DNA of 63,421 nucleotides, counting the filler, from Globobulimina sp. (Eukaryota): the NCBI GenBank assembly GCA_003354225.1. It is 42 parts of 42 records of this genome, joined end to end, with 100 filler letters (N's around TTAATTAATTAA, not from the genome) between each part and the next. Parts side by side here need not be neighbours in the genome. Positions count along the whole stretch, not along the records: positions 22,699 to 24,111 come from PIVH01017077.1; positions 24,212 to 25,624 come from PIVH01017078.1; positions 25,725 to 27,137 come from PIVH01017079.1; positions 27,238 to 28,650 come from PIVH01017080.1; positions 28,751 to 30,162 come from PIVH01017081.1; positions 30,263 to 31,674 come from PIVH01017082.1; positions 31,775 to 33,186 come from PIVH01017083.1; positions 33,287 to 34,698 come from PIVH01017084.1; 34 more parts are not named here. One strand, given 5' to 3'. Shown here piece after piece: positions 22,855 through 36,310 of the stretch. The notes under the pieces are model-generated. The model was not told where the DNA came from and searched no databases. It worked only from the letters and a program-made list of their open reading frames with translations. Position 1 is the first letter of the stretch; every line of letters starts with the position of its first letter. Made by a program: the position numbers and the translations under genes.

Positions 22855-24111
22855 ATGCATGTGTTCATTTTAATTCTTTTATTCCGATGTTCTACCACAA
22901 TTTCTGACTGTACAAAAAATGGTGTTTTTATGGATGATGAAGACCTAAAGATGTTAGTGGATGAAGGAATTTTGACACAAACTCAAATTGATTATTTACA
23001 TGAACATTATTATGCAGATGCTTTAGCTGACATTAATGCACAAAATAACAACTTTAATGTGTTAGGTAAATTATATGATATTTTATCAAGTTCATTGCAT
23101 GGGATTGGTTGTATTATTTTAACGTCATCGTACATAATCCTTATGTACACAGCAATTGATTCTGCATACTGGCAAATTGGAATAACATTGTTTTATTTTT
23201 ATATATTCCATATGATATTGCATTTAGTCTCAAACACCATATTATCCATTACACTCTGTGTATATTGTTGTACTATGCCAACAATTACGATAATGATTTA
23301 TTTACTTCATCCTCAATGTTTAAATGGAATCGCTATCTTAACTCAATTGTTTACGCAAATAAAAAAATGTTTATTAATCGATGGTATTCCAACAGACCAA
23401 TATGAGTCTTATGACCAATATTTAGTGTCTCTGATACCTAATAAATTATTTATTTATATGGTAATCTTGAATGTAATCACAATAATTACATCATCCATTT
23501 ATTTATTTACTAGCAGTCAATATCAACATATTCAATTTATTACTCTTTGTATTTATGCATTTTCTATTTATAGCTTAATATTAATATTATCTTTATTTTC
23601 TGTCAAATCATCAAAAATTAATCAATTTTTAAACAAAGTCAATATTAAAAAATCAAAATTTTGTGATTTAAGATATATATATTCGTCAATGGCATATTGT
23701 ATTGTTATGTTTGTGATTTGTATTGCAACAAATAATAATTCTCGTGTATTATTTACAGTTTGTTTAGTTTCTGGATTGAATGCTTTTCATTTCTCATTTC
23801 CAATCTTTTTATTCATTGATGTGTTTAATTTAAATTTCAATCAATATCTGAATACATTCAAACAGTTATTCGTTGGCGATAAAAAAGGGTCGTTGGAATC
23901 GATTAAAATTTTGTTAGGTTTATTACAAAAACATGATATAAAATATAGAGCATACATTATAGTTTATATTATGACTAATATGGTTATGTTAGAGATGTGT
24001 ATTATGTATAAATTGTGGATACCTATGCCGTACAGCGCATTCTCGTTATTTGTATTGTCATTTAGCATCAAAACAGATATGAAATGGTCATTGTCCATTC
24101 ATCTGCCAATC
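22855..24111 (+). CDS. Multipass membrane protein (DUF2157-like N-terminus), 3' partial
   Basis: LKMLVDEGILTQTQIDYL followed by about ten hydrophobic segments. Confidence 0.55.
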
Positions 24112-24211
24112 NNNNNNNNNNNNNNNNNNNNNNNNNNNNNNNNNNNNNNNNNNNNTTAATTAATTAANNNNNNNNNNNNNNNNNNNNNNNNNNNNNNNNN
24201 NNNNNNNNNNN

Positions 24212-24706
24212 CAATGTAGTGGATATTGGAGAGATTGTACGCATTTAATTGGCATTTTTTGTTCTTATAATGCTAAAAATAAATATTATACAAAGTTTGA
24301 AGAAATCAGTTATGGACAATGTTCCAATTTATGTGGATGTCATGATTTGGTTTCAGATATAAACAGTAATTATATTGATGATGATGATGAAGAAGAATGT
24401 CAAGACAGTGATTATTATCTAATAACAACAATTGTAAATACCAGCTATAGCAATACAAATGATATCCAATCAAAAAAAGGAGATAAAATTGGAATAGGCA
24501 GTATTACGGGAATTATTATGTCGATTGTTATGGTGATTGGTTGTGTAATATTTTTGTGGTATTTCTGTATTTATAAAAAACAAAGCGGAGAAATACGCGG
24601 ACTGAGTCTAAAACAAAATTCACAATTGGTTGTTCGTGATGAAGAAGCAGATGGTGATGATGACACACTATTGTTTTGTGCTGAAACTCTTCCTACTAAA
24701 AGATAA
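24212..24706 (+). CDS. C-terminus of a Cys-rich type I membrane protein
   Basis: Single TM GIIMSIVMVIGCVIFLWYFCI, short tail. Confidence 0.55.
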   Translation, partial: QCSGYWRDCTHLIGIFCSYNAKNKYYTKFEEISYGQCSNLCGCHDLVSDINSNYIDDDDEEECQDSDYYLITTIVNTSYSNTNDIQSKKGDKIGIGSITGIIMSIVMVIGCVIFLWYFCIYKKQSGEIRGLSLKQNSQLVVRDEEADGDDDTLLFCAETLPTKR

Positions 24707-24736
24707 TTACATTTTTTATAATTACATTCGTTAACA

Positions 24737-25624
24737 ATGGCACCGTGTGTCCTGTTGCTCATTCCCTATAGTTTATGCACTTATTGCAGCATGGCACAAT
24801 TAAGTAGTTGGACAAAACCATCTTATCCGCGGTTCAGTTATTCATTCGGGGCTAAAGTTGTTGGTTATCACGCAGCAACAAATAAAATCTGGTTTATTGG
24901 TGGTTATACAAACAGCGACGATGTACACTCATTTGATGTTTCATCGCCAAGCTTCGTCCCACATAGTTCCTTACCATATGGCAGTGAAATAGAGGCATTT
25001 TCTCAATTATATGCAACTGCGGCTGGAGGAGATATCATTTATATGATTCGTGACAATGGCAATACAAATTATATATCCACCTTCAATATGAATGACCAAA
25101 CATTCACATCTTCATTGACTTCACTTAATACATACACCAAATACCATGCAACATTGGCATACATTGCTGGCTATTTAATGGTTGTTGGTGGAACCGATTA
25201 TTATGGATATCCCATCAAAGACTTTCAAATCTTACGGTTAAGCGACAAGACTTGGTTTAATGGACCAAATATGGACCAAGGAAGAGATGAATTTGCCTCT
25301 AATGTTAACAGTGCCAATTATTTGTATATTATTGGTGGTGGAACTGCCTCAATCGATAAAATAAATGTTGCCAACATTGAACAGATTAACAACGGAGGTT
25401 ATAGCTGGAACAGTATAGGAACAACATCCAACAGCGATAGTTCAATGCGAAGTGTAATATTCGAGGATGATATATTTGTGCTCGGAGGCTCAAGCGGTGC
25501 GACTGTGGATATCATACATACTTTGACAATTCCACAATAAATCCAACTGCATCGCCCACAATAAATCCAACTGCAAAGCTCACAATAAATCCAACTGCAT
25601 CGCCCACAATAAATCCAACTGCAT
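24737..25624 (+). CDS. Secreted Kelch-repeat protein, out of frame with a 24-bp PTINPTAS repeat tail
   Basis: Signal peptide; WFIGG, MVVGG, YIIGG, FVLGG; repeat ACAATAAATCCAACTGCATCGCCC from ~25533. Confidence 0.75.
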
Positions 25625-26110
25625 NNNNNNNNNNNNNNNNNNNNNNNNNNNNNNNNNNNNNNNNNNNNTTAATTAATTAANNNNNNNNNNNNNNNNNNNN
25701 NNNNNNNNNNNNNNNNNNNNNNNNGAATGGAGTGGAGGATAATAATGTTGATGATAATGAAATGGATCCGGATGAAAATGATATTGATTTGCAATATGCC
25801 ATTACTCAGTTTTTACAAAGATTTACTGGATAAATCAGGTTGAATGTATATATAATAATTATGCCCTAAAATAATACAAAACCTATTTGATTAGACTAGA
25901 TTCCATATTTTGTTGTGTTTTATATTCATATTTTTATAATTTAAATTGTTGTCCAGAACTCCAGATTTCAAAACTGTCTAAATATTTGGCCATATTCCAC
26001 ATTTTTGTGATTTAGACTTGGTTTTAATGGAAAACACTGCCTACTAAGAGTCAAGTGATCAATCTCCGATTTGGATTTGTCATTGGTTTCATTTAAAAAA
26101 AAAGACGTTA

Positions 26111-27137
26111 TTAATAGAGATTTCCAATTACAGGTTGCGGTTTTTGTGTGTTAACGACCACTGTTCCGTTGATGACCATTCGTATGTGTTTATGTGGAAC
26201 ATTTAAACAAGATCTCGATTCTGATATTTTCTCATTATAAAATTGTTTTACATATTGATTTATTTTTGATTTTGAGTCTAATAATTTGTGTGATCCTTGA
26301 AATGAAACAATAAAATCCTGATTACAATTATATGTATAGCCAATTATGAGAGATATTATTTCTTTTGGATAATTATTGATTTCTAACTCCGTATAAATTG
26401 AAATAATTCGTTTTTGTAAACTAAAATATAAATTATAAATTGAATCAATTAAAACATTATTTTTCATTAAAAACTGTGCGACAACTTGCATTTTTTCAAT
26501 ATTTACCGTTATAATGTTCATATCTGATGCATTTTCAATTAATTTTGAAAAGTTTTGCCAAATATTTATCTCATCATAAAAACCAAAATCGTTTAAATTT
26601 GGAATACAAGAATCACCTAAATATAATTGATTGATATTGGATAAATTTGTTATTGTTTTTAATAATTCATTGTATTGATACAGCTGAAATTGAGCCATAT
26701 TTAATGAAATGTCCTCTAAATTTATAAAATAGAAAAGAAACGCATTAAGACATTTATTTGCCGCATTTGAAAATGTTAAAAATCGATATGAATGTTTTAC
26801 AGTACGATGGCTAACTGTATCCAATGAATTTAATGTGAATGATTTCAGTGCATATTTGTCACAATGTGTTGTCATACATTTTAATAAAGTGGCAATATGT
26901 GCTGATTGTAAATGACTTAAATTTAATGAAAATGTCGCCAATGTTTTGCTACAATTCCCAACAATCATATGTTGCAATAACGGTATTAATTTGTGTACAT
27001 TCACATTGTATCGACACCAAAAATAAAATGATTTTAATTCAATTTCACTTAAATATATTGAACCTAATAATCTCCATATCAAAATTGCTAATATTTGTTG
27101 TAGATTTGTCAATTGATTTGCTATTGAAAGCATAATA
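26111..27137 (-). CDS. Leucine-rich-repeat (RNI-like) protein, 5' partial
   Basis: TLATFSLNLSHL, LKSFTLN, NLEDISLN, NINQLYLG. Confidence 0.55.
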
Positions 27138-27237
27138 NNNNNNNNNNNNNNNNNNNNNNNNNNNNNNNNNNNNNNNNNNNNTTAATTAATTAANNNNNNN
27201 NNNNNNNNNNNNNNNNNNNNNNNNNNNNNNNNNNNNN

Positions 27238-28018
27238 CTTTTTTATGGAATATTTGCCAAATGTTGTACCTTTGGGATATTTGAGTGATCCAACATTTGA
27301 TGGAAATATAAAGAATATTGATCAGATTATACATTTTTTAACAACATGTTATCAGCAAATATTGTCTGTATTGGATAAGTTATGGAATTTTGATGGAAAT
27401 TTTGTAATTCATAATGATTTATGGCAGGAAAATATTTTAGTTGATATAAACTCGCATAAATGCTATTTAATTGATTTTGAAATGTTATTTGAATATAAAA
27501 ATCTGGCAACATCAGATTTGTTAATTCGTGGCCAAATTCATAGACAGAATCCATTCGCGTGGTTTTATTTATTTAATAAAGATATGAGACATAAATTTAT
27601 CAAACAAAATGGAAATAACAATGTAACTCGACATACCTTGATACGCTATGGATATTTGACACAAAACTATAAATTAAGGTTTACTATTCTTGATATTGCG
27701 GCAAAGTATTTGAAAAATCAGCATTTAGATGAATTAATGGATAATATTTATAGTCCACCATTTGAGGAATGGATAGCTGCTGAGAAAAATCCAAAAAAAT
27801 ATACAAAGATGAACCAACTAAAATACATTAAGTTTTATAAAGTATTGAATCAAGTTTGGTGTTTGCGACAAAATCAATTATTGTCGCTACGTCAACTATT
27901 AAATAAACCAAAGGACAACAATCGAGAGCATGAGACTTTCCGTCAGGAGATTGTTCAAAAATTATTGCATCAGTTGCAACATGAAATGAATCAAACAAAT
28001 GTATCATGTTCCACATGA
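27238..28018 (+). CDS. Atypical protein-kinase-fold protein, 5' partial
   Basis: FMEYL..VIHNDLWQENILVD..YLIDFE. Confidence 0.75.
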
Positions 28019-28041
28019 TCACACCCATATTTTCAAACAAG

Positions 28042-28650
28042 TCATTCTCTTTTGAGAATGTATAATGTTGGTTCTAAAAAACTTTGATTTGAAGAATGTG
28101 ACAAAATCTTTTGTATAATGTATTTGAATACTGGTAAACTCTCTGATTTTGCATATATTACACCCTTTGGCATCAATTGATATCCAGGAACCGATGCAAA
28201 TTCAGATATTAAATAATCATAACCTTTTTTTAACAAATCATATTGTTTCATTGCATCACATTCCTCATCATTATCATTGTCACATATTTCCTGCAATAAA
28301 TTACATGGATCCACCTGTGTGGCATACTCCTCTTGACATAAATTTTCTTTTTTATCAAATCTAAAATCATCACAATACGATGGTGTGGTAAATCGAATAG
28401 CTCCTGACATTGCTGCTTTATTTCCGATATGAACGCAGTTTATATCATTTATATTTAAATTATCCTTTAAAATATTATTATAATTATAACATGATTCGTT
28501 TCTATTTGGTTGCACAATATATTCAAATTGAGTGATGGCAACACCTCCCGCATAATTATGTGATGCGGAGAAAACACCACCACATACAATGCCAAATGAT
28601 AGTAAAATAGAAACAGACACCGCAATCTGCGGAATCATAAATAAATTGCA
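28042..28650 (-). CDS. C-terminal part of a membrane-associated hypothetical protein
   Basis: Hydrophobic helix then Cys-rich region; open to contig end. Confidence 0.45.
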   Translation of the reverse strand, partial: CNLFMIPQIAVSVSILLSFGIVCGGVFSASHNYAGGVAITQFEYIVQPNRNESCYNYNNILKDNLNINDINCVHIGNKAAMSGAIRFTTPSYCDDFRFDKKENLCQEEYATQVDPCNLLQEICDNDNDEECDAMKQYDLLKKGYDYLISEFASVPGYQLMPKGVIYAKSESLPVFKYIIQKILSHSSNQSFLEPTLYILKRE

Positions 28651-28750
28651 NNNNNNNNNNNNNNNNNNNNNNNNNNNNNNNNNNNNNNNNNNNNTTAATT
28701 AATTAANNNNNNNNNNNNNNNNNNNNNNNNNNNNNNNNNNNNNNNNNNNN

Positions 28751-29550
28751 AATATACCAGAAACAAAATGCGTATATAACATTAATTTGTGATCATGCAA
28801 ACAATTTTGTAATTGTTTTGTTTCATTTTTCAACACAAATATTGTCTCTTTACAGCTTTTCATCTCCGCAAATACATCATGCCCAGAAACTATTTTTTGT
28901 TTAATTTGTTGAATGTATTCCTCGTCATCCACAGATTCACCACATTTTGGTCGATATAAATGATAATCGCTGTCACTTAATGTGTGGATTTGAAATCGAT
29001 TTAATTTTCGTTTTTGTGATTGATATTGTTTTTGTTTGCTGTCTGGATCTGTCAAGGCATAGTTAATGGCCTCGTCAATGGATTTGTTATCTGTGACAAT
29101 CACAGCTTGGGCGGCATCGTCAAAACTGAAGCCAAGCGATAAAAGCTGATTAATATTCGATTCAATTTGCGGATTATTCCAATCTATGTTTAGTCCCCAA
29201 TTGAAATCGTGTTGTAATAATTGTAATTTTGATTTGTATTTAAATGATTGAACTAATAAATGGCGTAGATAAAGTTTACATATTTTGGGTATGTTGTATC
29301 TATCCAAGTTCTTCCATTCTTTTTCTGTTAAATTATTTAAATGTTTTATGCTATTTCCACCTGCTAATTTTTCAATATTCGAGACTAAAATTTGTTTTTC
29401 TCTGTCTGGCAATTGTTTGCTTTTTGTTTCTAATACAATTGATACCGCGTTTGAAATGCTTGAATCTTCCGATAAAGCAGTGTGGGTAAAATCAGGTGCT
29501 AAATGCCATTTTGATTCTGGTGGATGATATCCTGGTGTTGCACAAGTCAT
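28751..29550 (-). CDS. UBA-domain protein with coiled coil, 3' partial
   Basis: INQLLSLGFSFDDAAQAVIVTDNKSIDEAINY. Confidence 0.75.
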
Positions 29551-29649
29551 TATTCAGTTGTGGAGGATGCACAGGAAAAAGTTTTTTAATAACTGTGAAG
29601 TTTACATACAAGACGAATACAGAAACATTAGATAGGTTCCAATATTGTA

Positions 29650-30162
29650 ATGGCACAAATGATCAGGAAAACTTCATTATTAACATTAAGTTTTTTGGTT
29701 TATATCGTGTCGTCTGTGTCAAATTTTATCATCTCACACTATAAAACACATGTAAATGTCCTGCTATTCCCATACCCAATTGGCGTATGTGTCAGCTACG
29801 AAGAAACATACAGCTACGAAGTAAGTGAAGCATTGTGGGGTATTTTCACCTGTAACGTAGCAGGTGACACTGTGACATTTACTCCACATGGCACGGATTA
29901 TAATTGTACATCTGCAGCAGGCACAACTAGAAAGTATACCCCATCCGCAGCAGACTATCAACTACATTCATTTGAATGTGCGGGAGAGGATAATTATGTG
30001 GCACGTGATTGGTGCTCCATTGATGTGAAGGCGCCGCAACCTGAAGTTGGTGATGATGGCAAAGATGATTGTTGTACTGGTACTTGCCTTCCACGGCCAC
30101 AAGCACAGGCCACTGGTGTTTGTGTACAGTTAACTGATGGTTCTGGTTTGTATACAATGAGT
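29650..30162 (+). CDS. Secreted Cys-rich hypothetical protein, 3' partial
   Basis: Signal-like N-terminus, repeated GVCV motifs. Confidence 0.55.
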
Positions 30163-30809
30163 NNNNNNNNNNNNNNNNNNNNNNNNNNNNNNNNNNNNNN
30201 NNNNNNTTAATTAATTAANNNNNNNNNNNNNNNNNNNNNNNNNNNNNNNNNNNNNNNNNNNNAGAATTACAAAATTTATTTTGATCCTTTCATACTGTCA
30301 TTTGGCGATACATTATCACGTTTACCATGCATGGCAATATACACATTTGCGAGTTTTAGTATATGACTCGTTAAATAATATACAATTAATAAAGGGTTGT
30401 TCTTATATTGCGCCATATAAGAACATGCAACCCCTAACACGCAAACCAACAGATTCCTCATCGGTCATAAATTCTGACTTTGCCACATCACATGTGGAAA
30501 ATTCGCAAGCTGCCATCAGTAAGTCCTGATATGCTATTTGAATGAATATGCATTTTTTACCAGTTTAATACTCTCGTCCACGCTACGAAACACTTGATGT
30601 TAATAGTACCATTCTCGAGTAAGTTTTTCAAAACATTTTGTACAATGCTTGCATTCCCACACAACCTATTCCCTCTTTTGAATTCGAAATAATTCCCAAT
30701 TTGTATTGCTGATTTACTGCACTTTTTGCAACAAAAAGCAAATCAAATTAAAACCAGTAACACATATCGTACATTGTCATTTATTACTCTTCAAAAATAA
30801 AAAACCAAA

Positions 30810-31614
30810 ATGAATAATAACAATAACAACAAATCATTACCACCGCCAATAATATCTAATCCATCAGAAACTACCAATGCATCCAATGAACTTCCAACAC
30901 CGCCATCCGTTCCCTTATCAGACCCGGCTCCATTTCCAAGCAACAATAATAACAACAATACAACCAACAACAACCACAGTCATAGACCGCCACCTCAGCC
31001 ACGACCACGACCACGACAACGCCCACCACCTCCAGCCATAACACCATTACCCAACCACTACAGGGCACCACCACCTCATTACAACAAATATTATCCATAT
31101 CGTTATGGTACAAATCCAATGTATAACTCATACCCCATTCCCCGTCAACATTATACACCATATCCATACACACAGCCTCATGTTCGACAGGTTGCACATC
31201 CACATATACCATCCTATCAATATCCCACTTTCAATGGCATTACACCTAAACTTCCAACCCAGTCCCAGCCACAGCCTGCAAATACCATCAATTATCCACA
31301 CGCGCCACCACGACACGCACCGCCTCCACACGCATCACCTCCACAAACGCCCCAACCACAACCAAAGCCAAAACAAGCACAGATTAGCACCAAATCCCCA
31401 CCCAAACCATCGCCAATCCCCATCTCCATCAATTCCACCCCCAAATCCACACCAACCCCAACCAAAAAAACCAACGCACCCAAAATAAATCCTACCTTTC
31501 GTCCCTTTTACGAAAATGAAAAAAAGCCCAACGACAAAAATGAAATGGATTCTGACCACCAATCCGATGATGTCGACTCTGATTACGACCCGGCCACCGC
31601 ACTCGATCCAAATG
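30810..31614 (+). CDS. Proline-rich low-complexity protein, first exon
   Basis: Poly-Asn and Pro/Gln/Tyr tracts; likely GTATTT donor near 31615. Confidence 0.55.
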
Positions 31615-31774
31615 GTATTTTATTCCATTTTCATTTCCTATCCTTGCACCAAAGCAACACTCCACCCATACCGCNNNNNNNNNNNNNNNNNNNNNNNNNN
31701 NNNNNNNNNNNNNNNNNNTTAATTAATTAANNNNNNNNNNNNNNNNNNNNNNNNNNNNNNNNNNNNNNNNNNNN

Positions 31775-32256
31775 TTCTGATTGGATTCAATATATATTAT
31801 TACATTGGTTGTGCTGTTAAATAGTGGTGATATTAAATCTATATTTTGTCCGTTGTCTGATTTTAATTCATTGGCAGAACATACAAATGAGAAATCTGGG
31901 ATCAATGTTTTAATGGTTTCAAATGATACATTTTTTAAATTATTATTAATTTTAAAGACGTGTATTTGTTTTGGGGGTGAGGCATTTTCAATTTTTCGAG
32001 CTGGCTCAAAGGCACATAACTTGATTTGATTTAAATCCATTGGTTTCTTGAATTGCACCAAAAAAAGCACCTTTTCATCAATGCTGGACACAAGAAATTT
32101 AGGGCTACGCCAATTCCAAGACTTGCCTGGTTTTCTATCCAATGTAATAGCATGGACGTTATTCAATGTGGATTGTTTCAAATCAATGTTTAATGCAATA
32201 AATCGTTTCATAAACGTTTTGATATTTAATAAATTAGTAAAAGAGCTTTGCGCCAT
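31775..32256 (-). CDS. PITH-domain protein, 3' partial
   Basis: LVSSIDEKVLFLVQF..MDLNQIKL..PPKQIHVF..SFE..FNST.NVIIYIESNQ. Confidence 0.8.
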
Positions 32257-32418
32257 GTGAAAAACTGACAAATTTGAGAAATCTAGATATATCTCGGAGT
32301 GATAATTATAAAAACAGTTTTTCAACTTCACCATCAACTGTTTCCTGAAAACCAGAAAAATTGAATTGTCGTTAATCTGAAAACTGTTGCTTTGTATCGT
32401 TAGGAATTGGTCGTTAAT

Positions 32419-33186
32419 ATGTCTAACAAATCATACAATTCAACAAATACGTATAACGGGGAGCATTCATCTTTATTGCGTCGCAAAAATCCACATAAAG
32501 ATGGCAAATTGCGTACAATTTCAACTTTGGCTTTAGCATTAGCAATAATAATGGTAAGTATAGTAATATTAATTGGATATTTGGAGTCCTCTAAATCCTG
32601 CACAGATAATTCCGACGATTCCTTTTTTTCATCTGACAAGTCATCAAATATATTAGCCCAATTACCACCGCAAACAGGATTTGTATCCATTGATGATGTA
32701 TCATTTTCAAATAACTGTACACATTTTATATATTACGACGAAATAAATGGTGAATATAAACGTACGGAATTAAGTACACATTCGTCATTGCACCCTGTAA
32801 CATTTGTATTGTCGCGAGCCTGGGCCGAGCATACTATACCAATCGGTGCATCAAATATTACCTTCAGTATATGTTTAAAAAAAGTGGAACCGATAAGTTT
32901 CTGTAAATTTTATATTTATTCCGGTGATAACTTCCAAGCCAATGCCGATTTACAGTATACAGTAAAATATAAAAACTATATTGAATCCACAATTGCTGAT
33001 GATTTACCTCAAAATCAAATCGTATTTGGAACTCAGGATATTATCACAGTCGGGGATTGTGTTACGATTAGGGCTGATTTTAGTCAATCCGGCAGCAATG
33101 GGATGGACACACCACTGCAGTATATACAGTTTAATGTGTCACAATATATGGGCCCGCAATCAAACGAATCGGAATATCGTCAATTT
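32419..33186 (+). CDS. Type II membrane hypothetical protein, 3' partial
   Basis: Single N-terminal TM then long ectodomain. Confidence 0.55.
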
Positions 33187-33607
33187 NNNNNNNNNNNNNN
33201 NNNNNNNNNNNNNNNNNNNNNNNNNNNNNNTTAATTAATTAANNNNNNNNNNNNNNNNNNNNNNNNNNNNNNNNNNNNNNNNNNNNATGTTGAATATACA
33301 ACACATTGTATACAATACCTTTGGTTTCAGTGGATTGGCTTCGTATTTCAGAGTCAAAATATAACGATACAAATCCTTCAAGACAAAATTGTTGAAATTC
33401 ATTTAAATTTGAGAACGGTTCATGTTCATACAATGTTTTATAACATCCTGTTTTCCAACAACACCATAACGTATCATCATTAATTTCATGATCACCCTCT
33501 GATGCAAAAAAATATTCTTCAATATTATTTGTTAATCGCTTAGAGTCTGACATTATAAACATTAAAAAAATAGAAAAAAAAACTTTGCTATACACATCTG
33601 CATCAAC

Positions 33608-34698
33608 ATGGCTTCTGCACAGAATTTGTCAACAGCTCAAGCAGAAACATATGCAATGTTATTAAATATGGGTTTCGAAGGATCCAATGCCGTGACAGCA
33701 GCAAGGATCTATGGATCAAATTTAAGTGCTGCCGTCCATTACTTGACGTCCTAAACACCACAAACATCTGCATTCTATCATCCACAGCCTGCGCATACAT
33801 ACACCGATATAACTAATAACGCGCAACCTCCACCACAGCCACAACCACAACCTCAACCTCAACCTCCTCCATCCAAACCTATAGCTAAAAAAAGTAATAA
33901 TACCGACAGACAATCAACGTACAAATCACCAGACGATATAGCAATATCAGAATTGTTAGCTCGTATTGCTGATACAATGCAAACCCTTTTAGACGAAGAC
34001 GAAATAATGAAATCAATCCGCACTGCCGAAATAGTCTCGGCTATGGACACCAACGATGCACAAAACAAACGAGAAAATGAACAGAAATCTAACACATCGC
34101 ACACACCGCAGACCAAAGAACAGCTGGAATACGATGAGAAAACAAACCAACACATTAAAAAAATCACAAAGCGTCTAAGTTTAAGCAAAAAGCAGTTACA
34201 ATCCCAAGTTATAGCCATTAAGCCATATCCATAATTCCCTATCCTTGCACATAGGCACACTACACAGGCAATGATAGGCAAAGCCACGTGGTTTGGGGAC
34301 ATATTAAGTTTACGAGAATACCCAGTCTCACTGATGGACGAGTTAGACTCGCACGGCAACACTGCCTTGTCCTTAGCCTGTCGTTTAGGACATGATTCAG
34401 TGTCACATTCCATCCTTGAAATGGGTTGTGACCCCATGATTGAATTAGGGAGCGGCTGGAATGTGATACAAGAGGCAGTTTTGCATAAAGACGCGCGGTT
34501 AGTACGCGACTGTTTAATCCATCAGATCCATTTACGAGGCAATAAGTATGAAGCACGCAACAAAGAAATCATTGTCCACCTTAAGAGTATGCCGGACTTT
34601 ACCATGGAAATCAAGTGGGAGATTACGAGCGTGTTGGCCGCGTTGAATAATTTAATCGCGACATTCGCGAAAACCGACAATTTTAAGATCTGGAAAAG
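33608..34698 (+). pseudogene. UBA plus ANKRD13-like ankyrin protein with two in-frame TAA (33752-33754, 34232-34234)
   Basis: One frame: MLLNMGF..AVTAARIYGSNLSAAVHYL (UBA), DSHGNTALSLACRLGH and GWNVIQEAV (ankyrins), LKSMPDFTMEIKWE..DNFKIWK (ANKRD13-type). Confidence 0.8.
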
Positions 34699-34798
34699 NN
34701 NNNNNNNNNNNNNNNNNNNNNNNNNNNNNNNNNNNNNNNNNNTTAATTAATTAANNNNNNNNNNNNNNNNNNNNNNNNNNNNNNNNNNNNNNNNNNNN

Positions 34799-35645
34799 AA
34801 ATAAGCAAAAACATTTATGTGTTGTCAATCTTCAGAAAACAGATCTTGATAATTTATGTTCAGTGCGGATATTCGCAAAATGTGACGATGTAATGCGACT
34901 ATTAATGGATAAATTGCAGCACGATATACCGCAATGGAAACTTGTTCGATATATTGATATCACATATTGTGCGGGTAATGGCGACGAGAAACAGGAAGAT
35001 GATGATAAAGGTGTGCGTTTTTTGCAGGTGAGTGCGGTGGAAGAGGATGGAACACCGTCTTCGTTGTTTAAATCTGTTGTATTGAGAGTTGGTGACAAAA
35101 AATATCCAAAATGGAGAGATTCGGTACGTGTGGAATTGCCAAAGAAACAGCAATTGGATTTAATGGAAACGGCATTGAAATCGTTGAATAAACGGTTAAA
35201 GAAATATGTGGCAATGATATATGATGCGGGATTTCATACAATTGATTCTTTGAGTGGTTTTAGTATGGGGATGGCTTGTGCTGTTATGGAAGGATCGAAT
35301 AATTATGAACGGAGATTGATTGTTGATAAATATTATAAATCAATATTGGAATTGACTGTTGATCAGGATTTAAAACATAAAGCTAAATTTGAAGGGATTG
35401 ATTTTGATGTATTGCTTGATGCGCATAATGATGATGAGAAAGTAGATAATGATAATACGTTTTCATTGGAATTGGAGTTTGCTAAACATTATGATGAATG
35501 TAATTTGGTTCTAAATTTATCAAAATATATAACAAACGTTAATAAAGAGAATGTGTCATTTGTTTTGAAGATTATTTATAATCCATTTGATAAAACGTGG
35601 AATGTACAACGAAATAAAGGAACCACAAAGATATGCAAATATTAA
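34799..35645 (+). CDS. C-terminal part of a hypothetical protein
   Basis: Long open frame, no domain recognised. Confidence 0.5.
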
Positions 35646-35723
35646 ATAAATGTACTTTACCATGAGTTGCCATATTTACACTCAAGTTTAAGCTCATAAA
35701 CAGTTTTCAAATCAGTTTTAGTA

Positions 35724-36210
35724 ATGTCGACAACAAACAACGACAGACAAGCACTTTTAACATATTCTGTTTCACCTTCAAATAAATCTAAAGATTCTAA
35801 ACGTAGGTTTAAAAAGGGAAAATATGCAACATTTGGTTCAATCATATTAATTTCAACTTATTTGCTTATTGCATATGGTGTTGGTTTTTGGCCATTTTCA
35901 TCTGGTGATAATATTAAAACTGATGGTCATGTATTCCATCCAAATATAATATATATTTTAATGGACGATTTAGGATTCACAGAGGTTGGATACAATGGAG
36001 CAGCCCAAAAAACACAAACTATCGATTCTTTGGCAAATCATGGAATTAAATTAAATTTCCATTATACAGAAACTGTTTGTTCTGCCACACGGAGTGCGTT
36101 ATTATCGGGAAGATATGCATGGAAAACCGATGTGAATTTTGTCGTAAGAGGTTATACTAAGCTTCATTTAGACATTAATACAACAACAATTTCTCAAGAA
36201 TTGCAAAAAA
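35724..36210 (+). CDS. Arylsulfatase (ARSB/I/J-like) with membrane anchor, 3' partial
   Basis: PNIIYILMDDLG, CSATRSALLSGRY (CxPxR-like with Ala). Confidence 0.92.
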
Positions 36211-36310
36211 NNNNNNNNNNNNNNNNNNNNNNNNNNNNNNNNNNNNNNNNNNNNTTAATTAATTAANNNNNNNNNNNNNNNNNNNNNNNNNNNNNNNNNN
36301 NNNNNNNNNN

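Noticed and set aside
30791-31562. Several overlapping antisense ORFs (also 16689-16964, 33859-34437, 47121-48234)
   Set aside because: Shadows of low-complexity sense-strand genes
33608-34698. Genome-wide TAA=Gln genetic code
   Set aside because: Many long conserved ORFs here contain no internal TAA and genes such as the DHHC enzyme end in TAA
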